From the NCBI GenBank assembly GCA_964016885.1, contig OZ024741.1, positions 51,336,001 through 51,400,000 on the forward strand: 64,000 nt of DNA, given 5' to 3'. Position numbers and translations under genes: made by a program. The notes beneath the pieces are model-generated. The model was not told the DNA's origin and ran no database searches. It saw nothing but the letters and a program-made list of their open reading frames with translations. Within the stretch, counting starts at the first letter, position 1; each line of letters opens with the position of its first letter. The stretch comes from Eledone cirrhosa (taxonomy: Eukaryota). Positions 11,803-25,860 of the stretch are shown here, one piece after another.

Positions 11803-12900
11803 TTTCTTTATTGGCCACAAGGACCGACATATAGGGGACAATACAATAGACAGGGACAGTGGGGGAGGAGGTTTACAATAAAATCGAGTAAAAAAAATTA
11901 ACAAATAACAATAAACAAAAGAATTACAACAATGAAAATTTCCCAATAGGGGGGGAGGACCACCCAGGGGCGAGTCAGGAAACCTACCAATCCTTAACCA
12001 TACAACGCTCCAAGATCACCTTAGGGGGTGCCTCTTTCTTCTCCAAATCAGCCAGCTTACAGGCGCAGGGTTAGAGTTCACCCATTCACACGAGCCATCA
12101 TTTACCCACCTTTTAGCAAATGTACTATGGGGGGGGGGACACTTTCCTCTCCACCCTCACCTTCCATTCAAAGTGAAACTTGAAAAAGTTGAGAGTTTGG
12201 CTAAAGAGTAAAGTGTCTTCAGTCCTTTCAGCCCCGTCCACCACACAACCTTTTTCGCTACCACCAGGCAGAGGAAAACTGCCTGCCGTTCCCGGCCAAA
12301 AGAAGGTGGTGGGTTGATCTTCATGGTGGCGTCAATCGATAGCCGGACCCGTCTTACATGCGATAGTAGCTGTTCGATAAAACTCCACAAGTCAGCAATG
12401 CTCGGACACTGGACAAGTGCATACATCACTCTACTTGCATCTCGGACAGCACTTCTATGCCTGAAGAGTTTATCTCGAGCTGGCAGTGCCCCGCAGTAGC
12501 ACTTCCAAGCCAGGGATTTCTAGAAATTGTCCATAGTCACCGGCTATGTTCTATTTTGTCGACACCCAGTTTCTCGGAGAACGTCGTCGCTCTTGCTCAC
12601 CATTAATCCTCTATAGAAAGCTAGAGTGGAATTTCCACTGACAGCATTGCCTGATTGGCTGAGAGCACCTGACCCCATTTCTGATGCTTGGCACCTCGTC
12701 TCGGTCTTAGCTTGACCTTCGACTACAGCTTAGTCAAAAGAGACGAACTGCAGAAAGTCCTGTCTCACAAACTGTTCACCTGTTCACCGTTTAGAAATAT
12801 CTGGAGTTGCTGTAGCCTCAACGCATGTTTGCGTATCATGATGGACGCGATGTACGCATTTACCACCTCTGCCCGACCTTTCGGGGATATATTTCTCTTT
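11803..12900 (-). mobile_element. degenerate 5'-truncated relative of the Tx1 LINE (3' ORF2 + 3' UTR)
   Basis: ALVQCPSIADLW..KKVVWWTGLKGL resembles the ORF2 C-terminus; ends AATAAAGAAA. Confidence 0.85.
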
Positions 12901-13247
12901 ACCGAGTTGTTCCCTTTTTTTGCATTTATTGTGAGTGGGTGCTAAAAATACGGATTTTATCCTAAATGATGATTCTACCTGAGACATAGGTTGAATATAC
13001 AAGTCTGTGAAGAATGAGATACTCCCTACCACTTCCCATGATTCTTTACTTACAATTAACTGATATTTCATATTTCTTTTCGACAAGCAACGTTAGCAAA
13101 AGATGAATTGCTGTTGATGGTATTTTTTGTTAAAGTAATTTCCTAAATTTATGAAACTGGGTCTCTGTTTACAATTAAGTTTGTTTAATTGTCATTTTTG
13201 TTCTCTTTGTGGGTTTTTTTTTTTCTTTTTGTGGATCCAAAAATTTG

Positions 13248-13497
13248 AAGGGTCATATTCACTGCTGTCAACTTTGTAGTTAGCACCTACCCGCAGTAGA
13301 CCAAAGGTCAAATTTGTAGCTAGCACCTACTCACTCTAGACCAAAGGTCAAATTTGTAGCTAGCACCTAGTCATACTACTCCAAAGGTCATATTCATTGC
13401 TGTCAAATTTGTAGTTGGCGCCTAGTCGCGTTCTCCAAAGGTCATATTTGCTGCTACCAAATTTGTACCTAGCACCAACTCTCGGTACTCTAAAGTT
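13248..13497 (+). repeat. 40/55-bp minisatellite
   Basis: ccaaaggtca(tattcattgctgtca)aatttgtagctagcaccta; unit spacings 55, 40, 40, 54. Confidence 0.88.
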
Positions 13498-14642
13498 GGG
13501 AATATTGATACACTGGTTACACAAAGTAAAGTGAATGTTTGCATAAGTATGTGGAGACAATAAAACTAGCTAAGAATGAAAATTATTATGAGTATCTACC
13601 TCAAAGCAGTATGGTAAACGTTCAGGTATTCTGACTTTTGGAGAAAAGAACCTAAAAGAAAGTTTCTTTTTTAAGACAATCCTGGAAGAAAATATCTTCT
13701 AAGTTTCACTTTGTGAAAACGTGTGCATCCACAACAAACAACAACAACAACAATAACAATAATAATGATGATAATAGCAACAACAACAACAATAATAGTG
13801 ATAATGATAACCACAACAAAACAACAACAATAATAATATGGTAATGATGATGGTGATGATGGTGATGGTGGTGGTGGTGGTGGTGATGATGATGATGATG
13901 TTGCTGATGCTGATGATGATGATTGGGGGGGGGGGGGTAATGATGATGATGGTAATGATGGTGATGGTGGTGGTGGAGGTGGTGGCGGTGATGATGATGA
14001 TGATGAGTAGTTGAGAAGTTGAGGTGACAACAACATTGAAAGTTGTGATGGACAAGAGTTCGGTAGAGCTCGGCATCAGAATTGGTAAGTGGAAGGTATT
14101 TTCTAAGAGATTTCCTAATGGTATTTGAGTGTTTGGTTCACTGCTAGAGTGCCATCATTAACAACATCAACAGTATACTCTCTTCCCGTTCAAGTATCCC
14201 TGTATGTATGTATGTATGTATGTATGTATGTATGTATGTATGTACGTATGTATGTATGTATGTATGTACGTATGTATGTATGTACGTATGTACGTATGTA
14301 TGTATGTACGTATGTATGTATGTATGTATGTACGTATGTATGTATATATGTATATATGTATGTGTGTGTATGTACGTATGTATGTATGTATTATGTATGT
14401 ATGTACGTATGTATGTATATATGTATGTATATGTATGTATATGTGCATGTATGTATGCATATATATATATATGTGTGTATATATATATATATATACATAC
14501 ATACGTACGCACATACAAACATACATACAAACATACATACATACATACATACATACATACATACATACATACAGACAGACATATATACATACACAAACAT
14601 ACATATATGCATATATATATACGTACACACATATATACATAT

Positions 14643-14709
<67 letters not shown>

Positions 14710-14761
14710 TGTATGTATGCATATATATATATATACGGATTAACAAATAATAGTTAAATGC

Positions 14762-14814
<53 letters not shown>

Positions 14815-15489
14815 TGTATGTATGCATATATATATATATTTATATATATAAAGAATTAGTATATCTACCAACATATATATACAGATGCATACCTATGCTA
14901 GCAAATATATAGGTTTTGTCTTAGTAACTTTGTGGTTCAATGCAAGGGGATGCAGAACAATTATATGAAAGACGTAATGTCACGTGATTGATTCTTTTGA
15001 ATTTGCCACCGACCAAGTAGGCAGTGATTTTTTCAATGTCTTGGAATTTAGTCCTCGCTTGCTTTTTTCCATCCACTGAATTATTTTTGTATAAGTTCCC
15101 TGTGTCCACGCATCGCCTGGGAACTTAGCTGAGAATTGACTTCCTGATGACGAAAGGTATTCTCCATGTTCCATTCGGAAACCATGTTTATTCCCTTTCA
15201 GAAACTAATTAGTTGGAGTGAAATTTTAGTAAGTAAGTTAATTTTTATAATTTTCTTATTATTTTACGTCTTTCATATATACATACATATACATATATAT
15301 ATATATATATATATGCATACATACATGCACATATACATACATATACATACATATATATATATGCATACATACATGCACATATACATACATATACATACAT
15401 ATATACATACATACGTACATACATACATATATATATGTGCATGTATGTATGCACATATATATATATGCATACATACATATGTATATGGG

Positions 15490-16380
15490 TGTGGGTCTTT
15501 TATTATCACACAGGGAATATCTCTCAAGGAGTTCCTTCCCAACTCTCATGATCTTATCTGTTTCATGCAGATAGACTTGCTTGGGAGACGGGCTCCTACG
15601 CTTGGAGGTTCGTAGATGTTGTCGGAGGGATATGATGCGACATTCAAATGTTGTCTGAACTGATGTTAGGCCTCTGCCTCCCTGCTTACGTTTCAAGTAA
15701 AGGAGGTCTATGTCACTGTTGATGTGGAAGTTGCCGGTGTTGTTTAGCATTTTTAGAGTTCTAACATCAATTGCTCGGATTTTGTCTATCGTTCAATTGA
15801 GTATAACAAACTTTGGTGTTAGGACAAGCACAGCAAACACATTGTGAGCCACTGTTTTGTTGTGCGCAGAGAGTTTCGATGACCATATTTTTCTTAATCG
15901 GGTGTAGTATTCCCTGGTTACGCGTTCCTTATTGCAGATACCATTATAGGATATGTTCTCAGCTATCCCCAGGTATCTGTAGCAGTCCTCATCAGATACC
16001 GGTGAAACAGTTAGGTCATTGATGACAATGTTGCTAGATTGGGTTGTTGGTTTTCCCCGCTTTACAGTCATATATGAGCATTTATCTTGGCCTAACTCCA
16101 TTCCTATATCCTTTAAGAATGTTGTAACCAGGTCAAGATTTTTCTTCATCCCATCTATGTTCTTGGCATAGAGTTTCAGATCATCCACAAAGAAATTATG
16201 GGTTAGGTTCGTATTTCTGTCCTCCTGTGAGCCAATGATGTATCCTTCACATTTCTTGAGCAGAAAGGACAAGGGGTTTAATGACAAGATGAATAATATT
16301 ACAGAGAGACTGTCCCCCTGAAATATACCCCTGCAATATTTTATTTTATCAGTGAAAATAGAGTCCTCCTTCTCTGTCTT
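15490..16380 (-). mobile_element. R4/Dong-like non-LTR RT fragment
   Basis: RGIFQGDSLS, THNFFVDDLKLYA, YRYLG, LYLKRKQGGRGL. Confidence 0.85.
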
Positions 16381-16537
16381 TAACTATGTATGTACGTATG
16401 TATGTATGTGTTTCGGTGCGTGCGTTTGATATGTATAACTGTTGGCTCTCTGCGAATGTTCAAGAGAACGATATATCCTTTCAACCGTATCTGTGATCTA
16501 TGTATATATGTGTTATGTGTGTACGGATATGTATAGG

Positions 16538-16644
<107 letters not shown>

Positions 16645-17078
16645 AAGAGGGTTTTTGGTAAGATACCAGGTGGACCATAATGCATCAGAGTACTCAATAC
16701 TGAGGGTTCGGATCTAGTTGTCGAAACGGCCGGAGCTCGGCCATCCGGATCCTGACTCTTTTCTTATATATATGTATATATAGTATATATATATATATTT
16801 GTTGAAACAAGTATTGTTGTATTTGGGGAGGGTCATGTTATAATATTGCCAGAAATATATAATAAAAAACACTCACTCTTTGGTTTGGGTTGGTTTTCGC
16901 TTCCATATACTCTATATCCTATCCCTATCGTTAATCTAGCTGGCAATCAATGTTTATCATTTATGGACCCCAACAATAAATGAATAAAAAATAGAATAAG
17001 TAAACATTACAACACAACGGGAGGAAACATAATAGTATCACTGATGATGTCACAGGTGTGTGATGAAAGAACTCTGAA

Positions 17079-17125
<47 letters not shown>

Positions 17126-17684
17126 CGAAGGAAATGTGGTAAGGAACCAGGTGGACCATAAGCACCAAAGTACTCAATACTTAGGGTAGTAGAGTGGGTA
17201 ATAGGAACGAGTAGGACCCCGACAGCTGAGCTCAAGCCGTTTCGACGGCTAATTCTGGACCAAGATTAGCCGTCGAAACGGCTTGAGCTCAGCCGTCGGG
17301 GTCCTACTCGTTCCTATATATATATATATATATATATATTTAAATGTTAGTGAATCAATGATAAACATTGATTATCAGCTAAATTAACGATAGGGATATA
17401 AAATATACGGGAGCGAAAATCAACCCAAACCAAACAGTGAGTGTTTTTTATTATAAATTTCTGGCAATATAACAACATGACCCTCTCCATGTATATATAT
17501 ATATATATATATATACAAGCAAATTATAAATGTAAACATGTAAGTATGTTTTTGAAACGGTGCGCGAGTTTGAAAATTAGAAATTAGAAATTATAAGCTT
17601 TCACCGTATTTTAGACTAAAGAAATGTCTAGCCTGATAGTGGGGTTTATAAGCCTCGGAGAAATGGAAAAAGATGAGTGTTGCC

Positions 17685-17776
<92 letters not shown>

Positions 17777-17807
17777 CAAGCATAGGCGAAGTGTCAAATT
17801 TTCAACA

Positions 17808-18011
17808 AGAGAGGTTGAAAAGTTCATAGGCTGGCTATGAAGGAATGATGTTAGGGCTAGGGCTGTAAAATCTTGCATGCATTAATTTCAACTCATCTTA
17901 ATAATAACTGCATTGTTTCTTTCCAGGGACTTTGTTATAAAACTAAACCTCATTTGATCATTCCATGAGAGTATCATGATCAGCTTATGAACTTTTCTGC
18001 CGACCTTCGTA
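17808..18011. mobile_element. mariner-derived MITE (relative at about 63350-63490)
   Basis: aaaagttcataggctg ... cagcttatgaactttt inverted ends. Confidence 0.65.
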
Positions 18012-19823
18012 TATATATATATGTGTTTGTGTGTGTGTGTGTGTGTTCGCGCGTGTGTGTGTGAATACCCGCCCATATTACATCTAACACCAATTAACAT
18101 TACTACTCACCCCATCATACATACCTATGATACCTGCGCATGTATAGAAATGTGATTGCACATCTGCGCGCGCTCTCATCACCAACACTGCCGCCAGCAC
18201 CATCACAAACAGCATATACACACACACGAACACAGATACATCCGCCGTCCACTCTGTCACCTTAATCACCACCCGCACTATCATCAGACATGTCAACACT
18301 CCCCGTCCGACGGGAAGATCTCCCACCCACTTTGGGGTAGGTGAAAGATGTCTTCTCTTGTGAAAATGGGTTTAGCTTTTTACAGTCTGAGTTCAAATCC
18401 CGCCGAGGTTAACTTTGCCTTTCATCCTTACGGGGTCGATAAAATAAAGTACCAGTAATGTACTGGGTAATTGCTGGCCTTGTGCCTAAAGTAGAAACAA
18501 TTATGTAAAATCTCCCCATTTTGCCTTTTTTTCCCCGTTTTGAGGCACTTTTTTTCATGGTACTCCCTGTTTGAGTTTTTAGAGGTTGGCAGGTCTGAAT
18601 ATGGTATGGAAAGAATTAAGGGAAAACACTGGCTGGAATGGTCAGTTAAGGAACAAAAATGTGTGCAGAAAATATACTATGTACTTTTCAGGGCACACAA
18701 TTCTATCTGACTGAAGCTAATCAAAAATTTGACTACCCACATCCTAGAGGTTGGCAGGTCTGCCTGATCTTCGCCACCTCTACAACCATCACCACAAATA
18801 CCACCACTGCCACCGCCACACCATTCGTACCATGGACTCTGGCTGCTCCCACTTGGTCACACCGATTCTCTTTCCCACACTCAACACGTTATCTATCAAC
18901 TCCCTCACCCACCACACACTTCTTCAACTCCCGTCCCCTCCACTCTGATTGCTGACCATAATACATACCCCTCCCCCTAGTACTCCCTTAGAACTCTGCC
19001 ACCACCATCTCCCCCCACACACGCACTTCCTGTGGCTACCACTACCCACAATTCTTTTCTCTTCCACTTTACGCACGGCTACCATATAAATCGGAGTAAC
19101 CACTTCGACCCTACTGGATACGAACTCCCAATCGGACCATACCAGTTGCGGAAACCCATCCAAACCCCTCCGTACACACACACACACACACACATACACA
19201 CACACATACACACATACGCATACACCAATACATGTAACCACACAATACACACCAATAATTACACATCCCTGTTAAACATACATACAAACATACACACGTG
19301 CACAAGTGCGCCCACAGGGATACGTGTGTATGTGTGTGTTTTTGTGCGTATTCATTGTGCGCACGCACGTCGACCCATATGTACACACACACACACACAC
19401 TTCCACCAACAAAACCCTTAACATCCACACATGTAGCATAATAACATATTGTGCTACACATAACTACACACAATCACCAACTACTCGTTTCCGCGCCCCC
19501 TCAATCTCCCATCCCCGCACGCCGGACCACTCCCCCGACAATTATAATTCATCCTCCTCCCCTCTCTCCATTTTTATTTTATTTTTTGTTTCATTAATTT
19601 TTTCTTTCTTTTCGTTTTTCCTTTTTTATTCTTTCTTTTTCTACACTCTGAACTCTGTTATTTCTGATGGAGGACAAATGCCCGATACGTTTAACTTTCT
19701 ATTATGCGTGAAACTAATACAACTTTATGTTAATACATCCTCTTGTACGTTCGCTTCTTTTTGTCTTTATACACATACATATATACATACATACACACAC
19801 ACACACACATACACAGATATATC

Positions 19824-19928
<105 letters not shown>

Positions 19929-19996
19929 CTAGCATACACCCAATGTTAGACAATGTCCCTCCACTCTACCGGGAAAATATACAGGAGACGACATTT

Positions 19997-20031
<35 letters not shown>

Positions 20032-20269
20032 GTATACAAAAAAATGTCGTCCCCTGTATATTTTCCCGGTAGAGTGGAGGGACATTGCCTAACATTAGGT
20101 TTATGTTCACATCTACATACCTAATACACAGACAACCATACACATGTATTTACGTATATGTATGTATATGTGTGTGTGCATGTGTGAACGTATGTATATC
20201 TTGTGTGTGTGTGCTTGGTGTGTGTTATATGTGTATTTTTTGTGCGTTTATAGGCGACAGAGAAATATG

Positions 20270-20830
20270 GTCATGGAGAATTTAGCAGGTCTGGTGAGGG
20301 GGCATCTTGGGGTGTGGGTTTCCAGTTGGACAGGAGATGGCTTTTCCGATGCAAACAATGTCTAAAAATTTCAGTCTTGAAGTTTAGATACATGTTCGGT
20401 AAGTATAATCTTTGCAAAATCCTAAATCTTTCACTGAGACAGAGTCATTTAGTTCCATTATGTATGGCGTGGACTTTTCGAATACTTTCCACCTTATATT
20501 ATGTGGTACTCCTTTTTCTTTTATCCGCCAGGTTCTTTTTGCAAGCACTGTGTTAGTTTTCGTATCGGGTTACCTGAATGAGGAGAGGTGCAAGTAGAAC
20601 CTTTGTTTAAATCGATCCTGCACCATACCCACATATTTCTGGCTGGCTGGTGTTTGTATATTTAATCTCTGCTTCTTAAACGATGAACTACAATTTGCAT
20701 TACAATTTAGTTGTAATGCAAGCGCATTCTGGATTTGCATCTGGTTTGTTCTTGGCGATCAACAAGCTCCTTTAAGGCCCTTTATGGCTTTTGATAAAAG
20801 AGAGAGTTTGATACTGTTGTCTTCATTTGT
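20270..20830 (-). mobile_element. Penelope GIY-YIG remnant
   Basis: Degenerate CLSERFRIL..LNFKTEI..CLH C-terminal motif similar to 52540-52700. Confidence 0.55.
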
Positions 20831-21109
20831 ATTTCTTGTATGATTGGTTCATTTGGGATCTTAGACAGTATAACGCCCAGCTATTAGTGTATCTGGTCCT
20901 TACTCTGGATTAGAAGAGTGGGACATTTGACACTATGCAGTAGTGTTCAGTTCGGAGAGTGATGTAGCTCTCAATGTCAAATCTTCATGCTGGCTCTTCT
21001 AGGAGGTAACAATAGTTACCGAGATGTTGAAAGCATCAGGGATGGGAGGCCGCACCATAACCTCCTATATTGTAAAACAAATAATACAAAATGGTGCTAT
21101 ACTCAATGA

Positions 21110-21600
21110 CTAGCGTAGCAGCAGCATCGTCAATTTCTATAAGGACAAAGGTGATGCACTAGACAGAGGGAACTACCAAGGCATGAAATTGATGGACCAA
21201 ACATGAAAATTACAGAAAGAGTCATTGTACAATTGATTAGGAATCGAATTAACCTAGATGAGATGCTGTTCAGATTTATGCCAGGTAAAAGTACCACGGA
21301 TGATCTCTTCCTTGTGAGGCAACTGCAGGAGAAGTATCGAGCTAAAAGTAAACCTCTCTACTAAGCATTTGTTGACCTGGAGAAAGCTTTTGACAGTGTT
21401 TCCCGTTCTGTTATTTAGTGAGCACATAGGAAACTAGGGATGGATGAGTGAATTGTGAGAGCAGTGGAAGCCATGTACAGAGGTGCAGTCAGCAAGGTTA
21501 TGTTAACAATGACTATAGTGAGGAGTTTAGCGTGAAAGTTGAGGTCCACCAGGGTTCCGTCTTAGCCCTCAACTGTTTATTATTGTCCTCCAGGCTATAA
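21110..21600 (+). mobile_element. RTE-clade RT fragment, degenerate
   Basis: YKDKGDALDRGNY, FVDLEKAFD, VHQGSVLSP with stops. Confidence 0.8.
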
Positions 21601-21712
21601 TCCTAACCCTAAACCTAATCATTTGTCAAGCAAGTACAGCAACTACCACTACAACCTCAACTACAACAACAACAACTACTACTACTACTACTACCAATAC
21701 TACTACTACTAC

Positions 21713-21795
<83 letters not shown>

Positions 21796-21797
<2 letters not shown>

Positions 21798-22565
21798 GAA
21801 GAGGAGAGAGACCTTAAAAAGGCTACAGAAGGAATGATAATGGCTGCGCAAGAGCAGGCCCTCAAAACGAAGTGGCTGAAACACCATATTTACAAGGAGG
21901 AGGCTAGCCCACCGTGCAGGATCTGTGGAGAGAGAGGAGACTGTGGCTTACATTGTATCCGAGTGTAAACACCTAGCCCAAACTCACTATAAAGGCTGGA
22001 GACATGATGTGATGGGCAGGGTGATCCACTGGCACCTATGCAAAGTAAACAATTAACCACATTCTGAGAAGTGGTATGAGCATAAGCCAGAGTCGGTGAT
22101 AGAAAACGATCAGGTGAAGGTGCTATGGGATTTTAGGATACAGACGGACAAGAAACTGGAACACAATAGACCTGACCTGGTGGTTTTGGACAAGGAAAAA
22201 AGATCGTGCCTGATTGCGGATGTGGCCTGCCCATTCGACACGAGAGTGCAAGAGAAGGCGAGGGAGAAAATTAACCGATACCAGGACTTAAAGTGGGAGG
22301 TAAAAAGGATTTGGAACTGCCATGAAGTCAAAGTGGTCCCGATTGTCATAGGCGCACTAGGTACTATCTCAAAAAGTTTCCAGGGATGGTTAAAGAAAAT
22401 TGGCCCCGCCACGCTTTTTGGAACACTTCAAAAGGCATGCTTGCTGGGAACAGCAAGAACCCTCCGATACGTCCTGAATATCTGAGGCTGCAGGTAGTGG
22501 CTTGATATTCATTTCAACAAACTTTCCAGTTAACTAACATCAATGACTGAGACTCAAAGAACAAT
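21796..22565 (+). mobile_element. 3' end of R4/Dong-like element (CCHC + restriction-like endonuclease) next to (TAA)n
   Basis: CRICG..RHD..WDF..NRPDLVV..DVACPFD..KINRYQDL..IVIGALG. Confidence 0.88.
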
Positions 22566-22668
22566 AATAGAACCACTACTACTACCACTACGACTACTAC
22601 GACAACTACTACTATTATTACAACCACCACTACTACTACTACAACCACCATTACTACCACTACTGCTG

Positions 22669-22726
<58 letters not shown>

Positions 22727-23384
22727 CACTACTACTACCATAAACAATAACATCACACGACAATTGACACGATGTTTCTAATACTTTTTTCAGGTCGAGA
22801 CGTGGAGGCGTCTGAAAAAGCCTTTTGTGGCTGTTGGTGATGCTGAACGAACTGCTGTGTCACTCTTAAGCCACCTCACTCTCGTACGTACCTCCTACAT
22901 TAGTGTATTTGATATATACATATATATATGAACATGTATTACATACATACACACACACATACATACATACATACATACATACATACATACATACATACAT
23001 ACATACATACATACATACATACCAGGCCAGCTTCACTCTCGTACATACCTCCTACATCAGTGTATTTCATAAACATGTCATAACACACACACATACATAC
23101 ACACACATACACATACATACACACACACACCGCGCCAGCTTCACTCACGTACCTACCTACATTAGTGTATTTCATATATATAAACATGTCATAACGCACA
23201 TACATACACACATACAAATACACACACATATGTACATACATACAGACATATATACACACATACATACATACACACCCGCGCGTATACACCACGCCAACAT
23301 GGTGGCTGACGAGGTAGAGATGTAGGTATCCGTCTTTTGTTTTGTGTACATTTTCTGCTGTTTAATATATCTGCTGTAAGACGA

Positions 23385-24145
23385 ACTATAAATAAATGTG
23401 ACTATAAACTATAATATATGTACCGACATACTATAAATAAATGTGACTATAAACTATAATATATGTACCGACATACTATTAATAAATGTGACTATAAACT
23501 ATAAGATATTTACTGACATACTATTAATATATGTGACTATAAACTATAAGATATGTACCGACATACTATTAATATATGTGACTATGAACTATAAGATATA
23601 TACCGATAATACTATAAATAAATCTGACTATAAACTATAAGATATGTACCGACATACTATTAATATATGTGACTATAAACTATAAGATATGTACCGATAA
23701 TACTATAAGTAAATGTGGCTATAAACTATAAGATATGTACCGATAATACTATAAATAAATGTGACTATAAACTATAAGATATGTACCGACATACTATAAG
23801 TAAATGTGACTATAAACTATAAGATATGTTCCGGCATACTGTTAAATATATGTACCGGCATACTGTTAAATATATGTACCGGCATACTGATAAATATATG
23901 TACCGGTATATTGTTAATATATGTACCGGCATGCTGTTAATATATGTACCGGCATACTGTTAATATATGTACCGGCATACTGTTAATATATGTACCGGCA
24001 TACTGATAAATATATGTACCGGTATATTGTTAATATATGTACCGGCATGCTGTTAATATATGTACCGGTATACTGTTAATATATGTACCGGCATACTGTT
24101 AATATATGTACCGGTATACTGTTAATATATGTACCGGCATACTAC
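23385..24145 (+). repeat. compound minisatellite: about 48-bp units grading into about 24-bp units
   Basis: atgtgactataaactataagatatgtaccgacatacta then atatgtaccggcatactgttaat. Confidence 0.92.
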
Positions 24146-25099
24146 TGATTTGATAATGATAACAATGATTTCTAACATTGACAGAAAGCTTCAAGTTTGG
24201 GTGGAAGGTGAAGGTGATTATATTGACCCCGGTCAGTATACAAATGGTTTCTTTATTTTGACGAGTTTGGGAAGGACAGAAAAGCTAAGTCAACTGTCCC
24301 AGAATTTAAACTCAGGGCGAAGTGCCCCAGGACATTTTGTCTGATGTTCTAATAATTGTTATAATAATATTGATAATTCTTTCAAACATTGGCACAAGGT
24401 CAACAATTTAGGGGAAAGGAAAAGTTAATTAAATTTAATTAATTGGTACTCGGAAGGATAAAAGGCAGAGTTGACCTCGGTGGGATTTGAACTCAGGATG
24501 TAGAGAGCCAGAACAAATACCGCCATGCCATTTTATCTGACGCCCTACCATTGCTGCTAATCGACCAGCCTATAAATAGAGGCCATAACTAAATACGATT
24601 CTGCCAAACTTAATTAGCCACACAACATCAATGTAAATACCACTTGCACGATTTCCACTTTGGTGAATATTCCAGTTATGAAGAGCCTGCTTAAGCGAAA
24701 CTCTATGTAAACTTCATCAAATATTCCGCTTAAGTCAGACGCATTAATATTTAAAGTATAGATCATTAATTAAATAATGTTTCAATTAAGTCAAATGGAG
24801 ATTTAGTGAGCAATGAATCAGTGCAGATATACCAGTGTGCTTAAGAGGTTCGCTTCTTAAATATGTGGTCCCGGTTTCGATGTTACTTTGTTGCTACTAT
24901 AAAAGGCGTCTAGTCAGAAATTATTCAGGAGCCGGCCGGAGTGAACGCTCGTGTTCTCATGAAGGTGTGGGAGTGGCTGGTGCTGAGCGCACTGTGGTCT
25001 AGTTTGTCCATGTATGAGATGGCCAGTATATCCGACAGGCTAAATCTCATGGGTAGTCACGAAGCCTGTCGGTAGATGTGATCGAGGAAGTCTAAAAAA

Positions 25100-25860
25100 A
25101 AGCATCATTGATGACAACGGATAGGAGCTGCAGCTTCTTCACGAGATGGCCAACGTGATATTCGAGTCATTCGGCAACACGGACGAACATATAAATTTCA
25201 GTATATAACATCCTTCTGATACCGGATCCCTCTCCTTTTTCGATTTCCGGCTGAACATTACGGAAGACAGTGAAGTCGACACCGATCTCTACCACAAAGT
25301 GGCCTCCAGGAACCTATTCGTCCACTACAAATTTGCCTTCGCCAACAATACTAAAACAAGATGCTTCGACGCCGATGTGCTAAAAGAGGATAAAAGTCCA
25401 GAAAACGGAACAGCTAAACAAAAAAGTGCCAACGTTATCCGCAGGGTCATCCGTAGGGAAAGTCTTGAAATCCAATTGGCCTACCCGAGACTCTCCCTGC
25501 CAAGATGCCTATCCAGGATTGTCTCCTCGATAGGCACAAGGAGAACACGTAATCGCTGAGCGACTTCCCTTTCCGCAACACAGGCTATTGTCTACGTGCA
25601 CACGTGGTTTATAGAATAGAAAGCTACATCGGCAGCACAATTCCACTCCTGTACATCAGAATAAAAGAACAGACCATGAACTCCTTGTCATTCCAGAAAC
25701 ACAAGGACAAGAGCCTAACTCCCACCATACTGGCCACGGAACTTAACAAAGGCATCTTACGGATTAAGGAAGCCCTATTACTAAAATAATTGGAACCATT
25801 CATCAATAATAGGCGAAAACGGAGCACGACCCAATGGCTAATATGAGCCGGCCACTTACA
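25100..25860 (+). mobile_element. Penelope remnant
   Basis: FFDFRL..TDLYHK; SYIGST..IRIKE; RIKEALLL. Confidence 0.65.

Noticed and set aside
13248-13497. CRISPR-like or neuropeptide-repeat appearance
   Set aside because: Variable parts are only 11-12 nt and related to each other; unit lengths are mostly not multiples of 3; eukaryotic context with no cas genes
14125-14827. Long YI/VC/HT-rich ORFs here and at 27200-29800 and 32095-33740
   Set aside because: Translations of stop-free (TA)n/(TG)n/(TATG)n microsatellites
15144-15160. CTGATGACGAAAGGTA hammerhead-like string
   Set aside because: No stem II and no stem I pairing
22794-22885. Possible upstream exon of the homeobox gene (good acceptor ttttttcag)
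   Set aside because: No homeodomain or other recognisable motif; weak donor
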